A program made the position numbers and the translations under genes. A stretch of 64,000 nucleotides of DNA from Amoebidium appalachense (lineage: Eukaryota > Protista > Ichthyosporea), in assembly GCA_963693365.1 (NCBI GenBank), contig CAVNZM010000017.1, positions 535,989 through 599,988 of the forward strand, written 5' to 3'. Shown in pieces: positions 1-11,372 of the stretch; position 1 is the first letter of the stretch; each line of letters starts with the position of its first letter. The notes below the pieces were generated by a model. It was not told the origin of the DNA and did no database searches. It saw only the letters and a program-made list of their open reading frames with translations.

Positions 1-245
1 TGACTATTAGTGCAAATCAATCTGCATACAGGTTCTGTGACCGCATGGAAAAGACCTTCAAGGGCTGCAACCCATCAGAGATGAACTTCATAAAGTTCCA
101 CGTCGGCAAGCACTACTCCTTGGCCACAAAGGAGTTTGGGGCATTCGAGTCAGCTGAGGGTGGAGAGCACCACCACAAGCTGTCGAAGGTGGCATACAAG
201 TCCACTAACAAGAACACCATCACCTTTGAAAGCCAGGTAAATCAG

Positions 246-276
<31 letters not shown>

Positions 277-1617
277 CTCCCCCACCTCATCTGCCTGCTA
301 CCCTATGGATCACACCCTTCGTTTCTCACGTATTCACTAACTCTCCCCCTTCCTCTCTCCCCTCCCCCCCTCCCCCCCCCCCCCCACAACCCCCCCCCCC
401 CACCCCTTCCCCCAACACTCACCCTCCCCCCTTGCCCCCTCAACACACACACACCTTCGTACACACACAACAGATGGTGGAGAACATCAGAAGATACGAG
501 GCTATGGCATTCCTCTCCAGCCTGGCTGACAGTAACCTCTTGGACAGAGGTGAGGTGGAGGACCCTAGTGGTGTTGTGGAGGACCCACTGGCTGTTGCAG
601 CACAAGAAGAGGCCATTGCAGAGAAGCTTGGGGAGGATTTCATCCTGATCGGTGCAGTCCCCCCTTACCCAGTTAACCATAAAGAATATCCCCCCCCCCC
701 CCCCCAACACACACACACAGAGACATGTGCATCGGTGGTCTTTTTTGATTTATTACCTCCACGTGGTGCTGGGTCGGACGACCAACTGTCCAATCGATGT
801 ACGAATGTATTCGTGGGTGTTCCAATTGGGTGTTAACGTATCATCCTCGTTTACCAACAAGGTGTTCGTACCCATTACATTAGTATCCTAGGACACGTGA
901 ACACTCTGATCTAGGCACAGGGTAATACCATTGAATACACTCGTATAGTTGATGGCAATTTCGAAGGGTTGAACCCCCCTCCCCCCCCCCCCCCCCCACC
1001 CCCCCAGTGCAACTAAGGACTTCCCGTGCATAGTGCACCGTTCCCCCCACCAGCATACACGACCACAACCTTTCCACGGCCTAGGGGGGCTTGCACAAAC
1101 TGTTTAAGCATGCAGCAACATATCGCGCAAACAATTTTACACCGCAAAGACCCCCCCCCCCCCCCCCCCTTCCATCCCCAGCAAACGGAAAACATAACAA
1201 ACCGACATAACCACTCACACACACTATACCTTTTTCTACCTTTTTCTGATAGGTAAGGAACCAAAGCCGGTCTTCCTACGCCAACTTGACCAGACCTATC
1301 CTGGATGGAACGGGAACTACCATGCGTCCGTCAAGAAGCATCCTCAACTGAAGCAACTTCCGGCCCGCCTACAGTGGGCTTTAACCCCACCAGAGCAGCG
1401 GCCTGGCGGGGCACGGCTGCGTCGGGACCAGATGCCCAACCCTGACGAGAATCAGGTGTGTTATTTTTCAGGGCACCTCTCCCTCTCTCCACCTCTCCTC
1501 CCCCACCCACTCTGCCTTTCCTTCATCCCTATCCTCACCCTGCTCCCCCTCCCCCATCCTCCCTCCCCCCTCCTCCCCCCCCCCCCCCTTTTTCCTTGTG
1601 TTACATGTTCTCATCAC

Positions 1618-1650
<33 letters not shown>

Positions 1651-2099
1651 CGCACACACACACAAAACCCTTCCAACAACCTTTTGCCCAGATACACGTC
1701 TACCGGTCCATCCACATCAGAGAGGAGGGAAGCAAGTTATACTTCCGGGTGGTGGCATCGGACTCATTCTATGGGAGCCCTCGCTACGACAGCATTCAGG
1801 TGGATGCTGTTGACGACCAAGGCAACAAGGACGAGTGGTATGCGCGGGTCTTGTGTTTGTTTAAATGCATGCACGAGGGAGAACGTAGGTGCTTTGCATT
1901 CGTTCAGTGGTATGAGAAGAAAGGGATGTGTTGTCGGTGTGGGTGTGAAAAGCTGGTTCTTGTAGACCATTACGAATGCATAGAGGTGGAATCGATTCTA
2001 GGGCTCGTGCACGTGGTTCCTAGGTTTGGAAAGGGCCCCAATGATTTCTATGTAAACAGGTTTATCTACCTGGGGACTGTGACTGAGCGCCAGAGCTGA
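1..2099 (+). CDS. Plavaka-family transposase, 3' part (spliced; exons <1-236, 474-651, 1253-1455, 1692-2099)
   Basis: GT-AG introns join in frame. MNFIKFHVGKHYSLATKEFG..SAEGGEHHHKLSKVAYKSTNK..QMVENIRRYEA resembles the Plavaka/CACTA motif KxH..HY...FG....TE..E..H...K..Y..TN..QM. The C-terminus ASDSFYGSPRYDSIQV..ARVLCLF..AFVQWY..IEVESILGLVHVVPRFG..FYVNRF resembles the Plavaka tail. The 5' end lies outside the window. Confidence 0.85.
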
Positions 2100-2412
2100 G
2101 TATGTAATTGGTCGTGCACGTGTAATCATCAATCTCCTTGGCTTGCATTATTTGATGTGTGTGTGTGTGTGTGTGATATTGATAGGACCCGATAAAGAAG
2201 TGTGTGTGTTCGTGTGTTGTTCAACTGACTGTTCAGTAACTATACGTGAATAGTCATAACCTAAGAGGACGATGAGTATTACATTGTGCCGCCTGTTTGT
2301 TTGAATGTTCGTACCCATAGAATGAAGGAAACCGAAACTGTGTACCGTAAAGTTTGTAACAGCATGAATGCCCCTTTACGATCTCAAAATACATCGAAGG
2401 ACTGTATAACCC

Positions 2413-2432
2413 GTGTGTGCGTGTGTGCGCGG

Positions 2433-2474
<42 letters not shown>

Positions 2475-2725
2475 ATATGTCCGTGTGTGCATCAGCCACA
2501 CAGCGCACGCACAAACGCGTGCATGCATGCACGCACGCACACACACACACACACACACACGCACGCACACACACACACATACACGCACACACACACAGAC
2601 ACACATACACGCACACACACGCACACACACACACACGCACACACACATACACAAAACACATACACACACGTGCGCGCAGGCACACACGCACGCACGCGCA
2701 CACACACACGCATATACAGACACAC
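2413..2725. repeat. Compound microsatellite (GCGT)n/(GT)n followed by (CA)n/(CACG)n
   Basis: Directly visible; the two halves are partly complementary. Confidence 0.9.
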
Positions 2726-3299
2726 GTCACAGAACTCCAAACAAGCACGTAGGCACTCAACAGTGTATTCACGAATACATGATGTGTTCACAAGGCGACG
2801 ATGTTCAGGGATATTCGTCCAATCAAAAGTCTCCAAATATTTCCCACAATCACAACGACCGAGGATGTTTTTGCCCTATATAAAGCCAGTATTCCCACCA
2901 CTACTAATTGTGCGCAGGTATACCTGCGCACATATTAGCACTCCACATGACGTAGTATTAAAAACCCGTGGATATATATTTTTTTTTCGTGCTCACTACT
3001 ATATTATAGCCTTGCTAATTAATCAATATTTGAGCTCTTTGCTGTTTATTTCATATTTTACATTTCGCCGCGAGCTGCAAACAGAGTTGGCTTTTATATT
3101 TATTGAAGGGTATCGATACCTGCGTATTTCAAATAATACCGTCAAACATTTATAATAAAATTTGTTGATGTCTATACAGTGTTTCAAATAAACCTTCTTA
3201 AAACATTCAATCTATATTTTAGCTTTTTAGCACATCCCCCCCTTTTTTTAGTTATCTACGCAGTGGTTTTTGTCGCTCTCCCTTGCCTGGGTGCTTTAA

Positions 3300-3821
3300 A
3301 AAGCTATATATATATCGGCGGTGTCCGTTTGTGTTCATGGCACGTTCAACGTGTATTCAGCGTGAGCACTCGTTTGCACTGATGGATATTCAGTTGCACC
3401 AAGCTCCTCCCCTGCCGGCGGCGGCGAACGCGGCGGAGCTGCGTTCGAATCGTGCTCAATCCTGTACAAAAACGTTCTAATCGACTGTTCGCAGAATGAA
3501 AAATAAAAAAATGGCACGAAAACTGGCCAAAATGGTGTTACAAATTTACTGGAATGCAACAGTATATACAAAAACGTACAAAAACGTTCGGGTTGGGCAC
3601 TTTGTTGCATTTTTGAGCATTCAGCGAATGTACATCCGGGAAACTGGGTACTGGTCATAACGATCTGTGCCAGAGCCGCTGTCCATTGGTGGATCTCACT
3701 CAGGATCATGGTGGCATATCCGCGGTGTACATGTGGGGTTTAATTTCGCTCTTCTCTTTCTTTTCTCGTTTGTTGTAACCAGCACAGCGTTACAAGGCGG
3801 TCGCAGTAGACGCAATAAAGC

Positions 3822-3863
<42 letters not shown>

Positions 3864-4388
3864 CGTACTACTCCCACCGTCACGCGAACCTGCCTCGCTC
3901 AGCCTTGCTCGATGCACGTATCCGTGTGTGTTCATGGAATGTTCAATCGGAACATTTGTGGATAGCCATTGGCACCCAGCTCCTCCCCTGCCGGCGCGGC
4001 GGAGCTGCGTTCGAATCGTGCTCAATCCTGTACAAAAACGTTCTAATCGACTGTTCGCCGAATGAAAAATAAAAAATTGGCACGAAAACTGGCCAAAATG
4101 GTGTTACAAATTTACTGGAATGCAACAGTATGTACAAAAACGTACAAAAACGTTCGGGTTGGGCACTTTTTTGCATTTTTGAGCATTCAGCGAATGTACA
4201 TCCGGGAAACTGGGTACTGGTCATGACGATCTGTGCCAGAGCCGCTGGCCATTGGTGGATCTCACTCAGGATCATGGTGGCATATCCGCGGTGTACATGT
4301 GGGGTATAATTTCGCTCTTCTCTTTCTTTTCTCGTTTGTTGTAACCAGCACAGCGTTACAAGGCGGTCGCAGTAGACGCAATAAAGCT

Positions 4389-4431
<43 letters not shown>

Positions 4432-4950
4432 CGTACTACTCCCACCGTCACGCGAACCTGCCTTGCTCAGCCTCACTCGATGCGCGTATCCGTGTGTGTT
4501 CATGGAATGTTCAATCAGAACATTTGTGGATAGCCATTGGCACCCAGCTCCTCCCCTGCCGGCGCGGCGGAGCTGCGTTCGAATCGTGCTCAATCCTGTA
4601 CAAAAACGTTCTAATCGACTGTTCGCAGAATGAAAAATAAAAAAATGGCACGAAAACTGGCCAAAACGGTGTTACAAATTTACTGGAATGCAACAGTATA
4701 TACAAAAACGTACAAAAACGTTCGGGTTGGGCACGTTTTTGCATTTTTGAGCATTCAGCGAATGTACATCCGGGAAACTGGGTACTGGTCATGACGATCT
4801 GTGCCAAAGCCGCTGGCCATTGGTGGATCTCATTCAGGAATGCGGCGAGCGCAGCAAGGCCGTTTCAATGGGCGTACATCCAACCTTTTTTCGTTTCGGT
4901 CCGGTCTGTTCTTTGCAAAAAGCACAGCGTTACAGGGCGGTCAAAGTAGC
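3300..4950. repeat. Tandem array, about three copies of a ~570 bp unit, each separated by (TA)n
   Basis: GTGTTCATGG recurs near 3331, 3928 and 4496; CACAGCGTTACA(A/G)GGCGGTC near 3783, 4349 and 4923; (TA)n at ~3305, 3825 and 4392. Confidence 0.95.
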
Positions 4951-5045
4951 TAGACACAGCCTTCACTTAGTAATTCTTATATAAGCATACCCGAACCTTT
5001 CCCTGTCGTTCCCTTACGTTTCTCCGCCATAGTATAACCTTCAAC

Positions 5046-6487
5046 ATGAGCGATTCGCCAGCAGACGCGCAACAAAAGGTAGTTGTTGAGTAAAAATTGA
5101 TGAGTTGGTCGTGAAAATCCAAAATGGCCTGAACATTTCGACTCTTTCAATTCCTCTCGGTACAACAAGCCCTCTTCAGTTTGTTTCAACAACACCTGAT
5201 CAAGTCGGCAGGCCAAATCGCCAACTTGGGTTTCAAGCCCCCACCCCCGCTAGGGCCTCCCCGCCGGCCTCTCACCCGCTTGTACCAGAAAACCGCGTCA
5301 TCACACCCGCCGTTGCTCGCCAGCTCATCACGGACATCGGCGCAGACAAATGGCTGTCGTGCCTCTGTGTCCGGGCTCCCCAGGTCGAGGGCGTTACCGT
5401 GCAGCGGGAACCGTCGAGTTTTGGACAATGCGTAGGGTACAGTGCACCCCCTCACAACGCCACTCAGTGCAAGAAGAAAGCAACGGAGGAAGGTGGTCTG
5501 TGTGTGCTGCACCAGGCACAACTTGGGACCGGAGGAGGCTATGGCCAGGTTCACATTGGTCCCCTCTTTCCCCATCTCTCCTACTCACACACATTGTCAC
5601 CCTGACGAGCAGACATCTTTGTGCCTGGATACTCACACTCTAGCTCCCCACAGTCTTGCACCTCACCTCTGTCTCTTGTTTCTTCGCATATACCCCCCCT
5701 CGCCCCCACCAGCTTTCCTCCGCCCCTCCCCCCCTCCCCCTTCCCCCCTTACACGGTCTGAACCCGAGTTGTCTTTCTGACGTTTCTCCCACTCTCATCT
5801 TGCTCCCCCCCCCCCCCCCCCCCGCCTAAACCTCCCCCCCCCCCCCCCCCCCCGTCCCCAACCAATACCTCCCCTTCCCTCCTCTCCTCTCACTTCTCCT
5901 GGGCCATCCCCTCTTCCCCCCTACACACACACCCTCCCCCCCCTTCCCCCCCCCCCCCTCCCCCCCCTTCCCCCCCCCCCCCCCTGGGCCCCTCCTGCAC
6001 ACACTCAGGTTCACAAATGCAAGAAGTTCCTGTGCGCAAACCTGGTCACCTGCTGCGAAGGGTACTGTGTGTCCCATACAGTTCACTTCCATCTTGAGCG
6101 CAACGGTGAGACACCCCCCCCCTCCCCCCCCCCCCCCCTATCCCCCCCCCCCCCCCCTCCCCCGCCCTTCCTTCCCCAGTCCCCCGCTCGCCCCCCACCG
6201 CCCCCTCACCCCACTAGCCTGCGGTTTAAACCAACCGGCCTTTGAACAGGAGTGTGGCCTCATGTTTGTTACTTCTTAGTGTTCTTTTGCTAACCCCCAG
6301 GATCCTCCCCCCCCCCCCCCCCCCCCCCCCCCCTCGCCCCTCATCAGCCACATACATTCCTTCCCCATGCTCTGCTTGCACCCCCCCCCCCCCCCCCCCC
6401 TAAACCTGCCGTCCCCTTCCCCCCACCCCCCCCCCCCCCCCCCACCACGCACACACGGACACGCACACGCGTGCACACTTACACACT

Positions 6488-6535
<48 letters not shown>

Positions 6536-6650
6536 ACATACACACACACAAACACCACACACACACACACACATACACACACACACACATGCACACACAC
6601 ATGCAGGTTCTCAGATAGTTCACTCGCCTGCGGCAGCATCTTCAAGTTAA
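5046..6650 (+). CDS. Spliced ~180 aa Cys/His-rich protein inside the Plavaka element (exons 5046-5078, 5180-5548, 6009-6105, 6607-6650)
   Basis: Four exons with GT-AG boundaries give 543 nt in frame from ATG to TAA. Cys/His clusters: QCVGYS..TQCKKKA...GLCVLHQ and HKCKKFLCANLVTCCEGYCVSH. Confidence 0.7.
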
Positions 6651-6759
6651 CGAAGCCACCACCAAGCTACTAGGGACTGCCGTTAATTTAGTAATAAAAG
6701 AAAGTGATAAAAAAACCTTGAGTCCGGGTCCTTAACCCCCCCCCCCCCCCCCCCATCCT

Positions 6760-7324
6760 TTTGCATACATGAATATGCAGGCTGAATGTACATGTACACG
6801 GTAGTTGTACTACTGGAATATACCATCTTCTTCATATTCATTAGCATTCATATTCATATTCAATATTATCTGAGATGTGCCCAGCTACTATCCATGTATG
6901 TTCACGAAGAGTATGGGGTTAGTACACATGAGTACCATATGGACACTATGCGGTGCAATGGAATACATAGTGTATAGGTGATATTCAGAGGGTATTCATA
7001 GGATATTGTGTGGTACCAGTGACTGTTCAGTATGAGTATTTGGGTTGGTATACTATACGTGTTCATAGTGTGTTACAAGAATACAATCGAATACGCGTTG
7101 CGTGGGTATTACTTGAATGTTCGTCATTAGGTATTCACATATATTCCGCATGTGTTCCATATGTGTTCGTCTGACATTCATAAGGCATTCATGAATACAT
7201 GGTGCCCGTTAGTGTTCATTGGAATGCCATACACGTGTACGAGTGTATCATTTAATGTTCTGGCTGAATATTCATGGTCGCGTTTTGGACAGTATATTCC
7301 AATAATATTCAAGTACACCCCGGG
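6760..7324. repeat. Subterminal short-motif repeats and putative terminal inverted repeat (reverse complement CCCGGGGTGTAC...)
   Basis: Dense GAATAT/GAATAC/TATTC/TGTTC motifs in both orientations, as in CACTA subterminal regions. The partner TIR would be outside the window. Confidence 0.6.
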
Positions 7325-8595
7325 GGGGTTTGCTGATGTATGTGCCCGAAATCCTTCGTGCTGATTTATTAAGAAGTGTGCACGACGGGGGGGGCTCATA
7401 CTGGCATTGAACGAACTTACGAAAGATTATACAATTATTATTGGCCACGCATGCACAAAGATATCACTGCTTACTAAGTGAATGCCTGCACACAGTGCCA
7501 AGGCCGTAACGATAACCCACACTTGAGAAGTAGGCCATTTGAACAGAGATACGAAAATTTAAAAATGTTCTCTCGTGTTTCTGTTGACCTTATGGGTCCG
7601 TTCACAGAAACGAAAAATGGTAATACTTTCATTTGTGTGTTTATGGATATGGCAACGAAGTATTTAATCACTGTGCCCATCCAATCTAAGCATGCCGTTA
7701 ATGTTGCACATGCACTCATGAATGTAATTTGCTATATACACGGCCCCCCTCGTACACTCTTGAGTGATCAGGGTTCAGAATTTCTCAATGAGCTAATTAT
7801 TGAGATTTGCCGTATAGCAAATATTGCACAAGTGAGCACCTCTGCATATCACCCACAAAGCAACGGTTCCAATGAAAGGTCTCATAGATTTATTAATAAT
7901 GCACTCTCAAAGTACGTTAATTATGAGCACACTAATTGGGACACTCTGTTGCCGGTGGTTACACATGCATACAACACAACAACACACAAAATTTTGCAAT
8001 GTACACCGTATTATCTTGTGTACGGGCAAGAAGCAACACAATTCCCTGACGTTGCCCTTCTTAGCAGTAACCACCCCGCACTCAAGGACCCAGAGTGGAA
8101 GGCATACCGGCGAGAGTTACTAGCCCGTCTGCCTCTGCTCCGTGCTGTGGTCCAGCAACGTGCCGTACGAGAGCCCCCAAGCCCCTCGGTGGCTCGTGAA
8201 TTTGAGAAGGGTGCACGGATACGTGTTCGGAATCAAGCCAAAAATATCGGTGCCTGGGATGTACGGTGGATTACGGGTTACGAAATCGTCAAAAGGGTCG
8301 GCCCGGTCACGTACGAGATCCGAAGCTTAGCAACTATGAAGAAATCTAAGTGGCACGTGGACGATATTCAGCTTGAATTGAGTGAGCAAAATAGAATTCG
8401 GCCTCAAGATCTCTCTCACCTCCCGGACACAGGCGAAAGTCACAATTTCAACAAGGTTCTGCCGGACGAGTGGGTGGTGGAAAAGGTGCTTGACGTAAGA
8501 ATTCAGAAACGGCGCAAGCAATCCACCCCTTACAAGTGGTACCAGATCAAGTGGGCAGGCAAAGATGATTCATTCACCTCTTGGGAGTGTGAGAG

Positions 8596-11258
8596 GGGGT
8601 TTACACACTTTTTATTGCGTGGACATTGCCGGAGGCCCAGCCACATTCGACGGCCTACTGCGTTTTCCAGCACAGCCAATCAAATGCAGCCAGTGACATA
8701 TGTACATGCTAGGCAACAATGAGCGCCATCGTAGGATCTGACACCCCTATTACATATTATGGGTAAGCAGATGCTAGCATCGGTAGCTCCGACAGAAAGT
8801 TAAGGCACCGGATCACAATATCATACTGTGCAGCATTAATAAGGTGATCTAGGATAGTCATCTTAAAACGGATATATTGAGGAAGAGATGAAGAAAAGAG
8901 AATAAAACCGCCAATAACCTCCGGTTCTAATACATTAGCTAACAGGTTGCATTTATTGATAGATATGCAGCCGCGAGTAAACCGCCCCCCACACATATTA
9001 CACATACGAGCAGGAGACACCAGAAACCGATTACACCGCCAAGCCATAATCATCTTTGCGTTTTTACACCACACCACATTACGAATAAACGAATCTATGT
9101 ATGAACGAGACTCTCTAACCGTATCCGCCATATAGGCTACTAGTAGTTGGTGTTTGTGCGGTCCTAACACCGGAAGGGACTCAACACGTAGAGTAAAAAG
9201 ATATCTATCAGCCATAGACTTGAAACTATTCATATTCACACTATGATCTAGCCGTACCTCCGGGGGGGTCGCCAGCCATTCCACATAGCGCTCGGCAATG
9301 GGCAGAGACGATGGGGAAGGGAAGAGGTACAGGGGCGAATCCGGCGGGGATGCGTGTAGCCGGAAGAGCGGGTGGTCCGGGGCACAAGCGGACAGGCGGG
9401 TGATGTGCTCGTGAAATTTAAGGGCTAATTCGTGTACGCGTTGTGATGGTGGTGTGAGTGCGTAGAGAGAATCAAAAAGGCGTCTAGGGATAGGTGTGGA
9501 AAGACCAGTGAGAAACATACAACAAGTTGTGTAATGGAAATCATCTAATGATTTGAGGACATTAGTAACAGTATCAGGGGGTGCCATAGCTAGTAAGGGC
9601 AACCCGTATTCCGACAAAGGGCGAATATATGTGCGAAATATACTAAGACGATTGTATAGGTGGACAGTATGAGAAAGAGAAGCAAGATACACATCCCGAA
9701 ATAACCGAAGACACCTGCCTGCACTCTCCACCCGACGGTCGATCATCCGTTTGAAACATATGCCCCATTCGTCCACCGGAATCCCCAAATACTTGTATTC
9801 GATTGGGCGAGGGAGGGGACTGCCGAAAATACAAACGTCGTCCCATGCCGGTATCGATTTTGATAAAAGGGCACACTTTTTGACATTAATCTGCATATCG
9901 TTGCGCTGGCACCAATGTTCAACCACACGAATGTATTGCCGTAGTTCGAGAGGATCGGATGACATAAGCACAATATCGTCGGCAAAAAAGAGGGCGGGAG
10001 GAGCCTGGGATGGCAACCCCCCGTCAATTTGTGCCGCAGAAAGAGTGTCGGCTAAATCATCAATATACAGGTTGAAAAGAAGAGGACTTAGCAGGGACCC
10101 TTGAAGTACCCCGCGCGTGCGGGTAAACCCTGGGGATAGCCGCCCATTAACCACCGCTCGTCCGCGTGTAAACGTAAACATAGCTTCCAGTAGCCGACCC
10201 ATTTGGAATGGGACACCGCGAGTGGCTAACTTGGCCCACAGGCGAGGGAGGTCGACCGTGTCGTACGCGTTCTTAAAATCGATAAATACGAGGTGCTCGG
10301 TATCACTTTGAGTTGCATTATGTAGAGTGAGGATTTGTGCGTAACATGAGTGTCGATGCCGAAACGCCGCCTGAAGAGGGCTCAGCTGGGAAGCCTGCTT
10401 AAGGGTGGGGTTACGGGAAAAGGCCTGTAAAAGGCCACTTTCGAATAATCGGCGAAAAACGGACGTAAGGGTGATAGGGCGAAATTCGTGGATGGGACCC
10501 TGTGCAACCGTTTTCTTGATGGGAAACACTAAGGTGGCTAGCCACTCCGAGGGCACTTTACCGACATCAGAATACCAGCTAAACAACTCGCTAAGAATAC
10601 ATGTAAGTGGTGGCGGCGGGCCACGCTTTTCGTCTTTCTCGGGTCGGGGTGGGATGAGTACCTTAAGTAGTGCCATAGGGATGCCGTCCGGCCCGCACGC
10701 TTTGCGGGACGGGTAACGGGAGACTAACTGCCATACCGCATCTGGGGTAAAAAGTTCCCCCAATTCCGCCCCAAACTCAGCCGGCCCCGCTGGCCACGCC
10801 GTGTGTGGTGGTGGTGGTGTGTCGGAGGGTGGAACAAAAACAGGAGGGGGCGCCTGCCCCAGGTCCGTGGCCATACATGTCGGGTTACGTTTAAACAGGG
10901 TGCCGTAAAAGGAATCGGTTGCAGATTCCGGGTCGGATGACGGGTCGGCCGTTATTCGAATCGAATGATCGCCGCGATCAATCTTCCGAATATTACCCAA
11001 TAGCATGTGATACGGTAGAGGCTTACGTAAGGCAGCCTCCGCTCGAGGGCCGCGAGTGTGTGTAGTTCGTGCTTGTGGGTAAACTTGGGCACCTAAACAG
11101 GCATATTCACCTATGTCCCACAAGGTTTCTCGTACTGTAGACCAGACGCTATCGATGAAGGTCTGGTCGGTGCGTAGTGGGGTTTGGCGTCCATCACGCA
11201 CAAGCGATAATAGACTCGGTTGCGTGTGAGAAAGACTTAGCCTGCCCGGACAAGATCC
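8596..11258 (-). mobile_element. 5'-truncated non-LTR retrotransposon (LINE) with GAGAG target-site duplication
   Basis: GAGAG at 8591-8595 and 11259-11263; excising the insert restores the chromodomain frame. The short 3' UTR has AATAAA and ends ...GTGTAAACCCC with no poly(A). Confidence 0.85.
8757..11258 (-). CDS. LINE ORF2 reverse transcriptase, uninterrupted, N-terminal endonuclease missing
   Basis: Motifs KACGPDGIP, FRPITLTSVFRRLFE, QAAFR, FIDFKNAYD, GVLQGSLLSPLLFNLYIDDL, FFADDIVL, YKYLG; C-terminal WRCN..CxxC..FTRGC...C..ILDHLIN. Codons 11259-11351 of the tracked ORF are antisense Gypsy sequence. Confidence 0.92.
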   Translation of the reverse strand, partial: GSCPGRLSLSHTQPSLLSLVRDGRQTPLRTDQTFIDSVWSTVRETLWDIGEYACLGAQVYPQARTTHTRGPRAEAALRKPLPYHMLLGNIRKIDRGDHSIRITADPSSDPESATDSFYGTLFKRNPTCMATDLGQAPPPVFVPPSDTPPPPHTAWPAGPAEFGAELGELFTPDAVWQLVSRYPSRKACGPDGIPMALLKVLIPPRPEKDEKRGPPPPLTCILSELFSWYSDVGKVPSEWLATLVFPIKKTVAQGPIHEFRPITLTSVFRRLFESGLLQAFSRNPTLKQASQLSPLQAAFRHRHSCYAQILTLHNATQSDTEHLVFIDFKNAYDTVDLPRLWAKLATRGVPFQMGRLLEAMFTFTRGRAVVNGRLSPGFTRTRGVLQGSLLSPLLFNLYIDDLADTLSAAQIDGGLPSQAPPALFFADDIVLMSSDPLELRQYIRVVEHWCQRNDMQINVKKCALLSKSIPAWDDVCIFGSPLPRPIEYKYLGIPVDEWGICFKRMIDRRVESAGRCLRLFRDVYLASLSHTVHLYNRLSIFRTYIRPLSEYGLPLLAMAPPDTVTNVLKSLDDFHYTTCCMFLTGLSTPIPRRLFDSLYALTPPSQRVHELALKFHEHITRLSACAPDHPLFRLHASPPDSPLYLFPSPSSLPIAERYVEWLATPPEVRLDHSVNMNSFKSMADRYLFTLRVESLPVLGPHKHQLLVAYMADTVRESRSYIDSFIRNVVWCKNAKMIMAWRCNRFLVSPARMCNMCGGRFTRGCISINKCNLLANVLEPEVIGGFILFSSSLPQYIRFKMTILDHLINAAQYDIVIRCLNFLSELPMLASAYP

Positions 11259-11372
11259 GAGAGTTCCACCAACGCAGAGGTGACCTTGCATCGTTCCACG
11301 GATACATTGACTCATTGTGTGGAGCATGGTGACGTATGTCGAGGACGACATACTTCTTTTTACGGTGGGGCG

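Larger units (their letters stand above)
1..7324 (+). mobile_element. Right portion of a large Plavaka/CACTA-like DNA transposon
   Basis: Contains the transposase, internal arrays, a second gene and a GAATAY/RTATTC-rich subterminal zone (6760-7320). It ends in ...TACACCCCGGG exactly where Gypsy integrase coding sequence starts mid-domain. Confidence 0.65.
7330..11370 (+). pseudogene. Ty3/Gypsy integrase plus chromodomain, disrupted and split by a LINE at 8596-11258
   Basis: YVPEILRADLLRSVHD..AHTGIERTYERL..YYWPRM..CTQCQ is the HHCC zinc finger (frameshift in a G run at ~7390, TAA at ~7475). DDE core: VDLMGPF, LLSDQGSEF, YHPQSNGSNER. Chromodomain WVVEKVLDVR..WYQIKWAG..TSWECE resumes as SSTNAE after 11263. 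Confidence 0.9.

Noticed and set aside
3335-4807. Three similar ORFs on each strand within the 570 bp array
   Set aside because: They rely on non-ATG starts, run through (TA)n, and copies differ by frame-changing indels.
8596-8603. Telomere-like GGGTTTA at the LINE 3' end
   Set aside because: A single unit, expected by chance.
8596-8722. C-terminal tail of the 414 aa integrase ORF (RGFTHFLL...)
   Set aside because: Read-through into the antisense LINE 3' UTR.
11259-11351. Apparent start and N-terminus of the 864 aa RT ORF
   Set aside because: Lies outside the GAGAG duplication and is antisense Gypsy sequence; the ORF is not a complete stand-alone RT gene.
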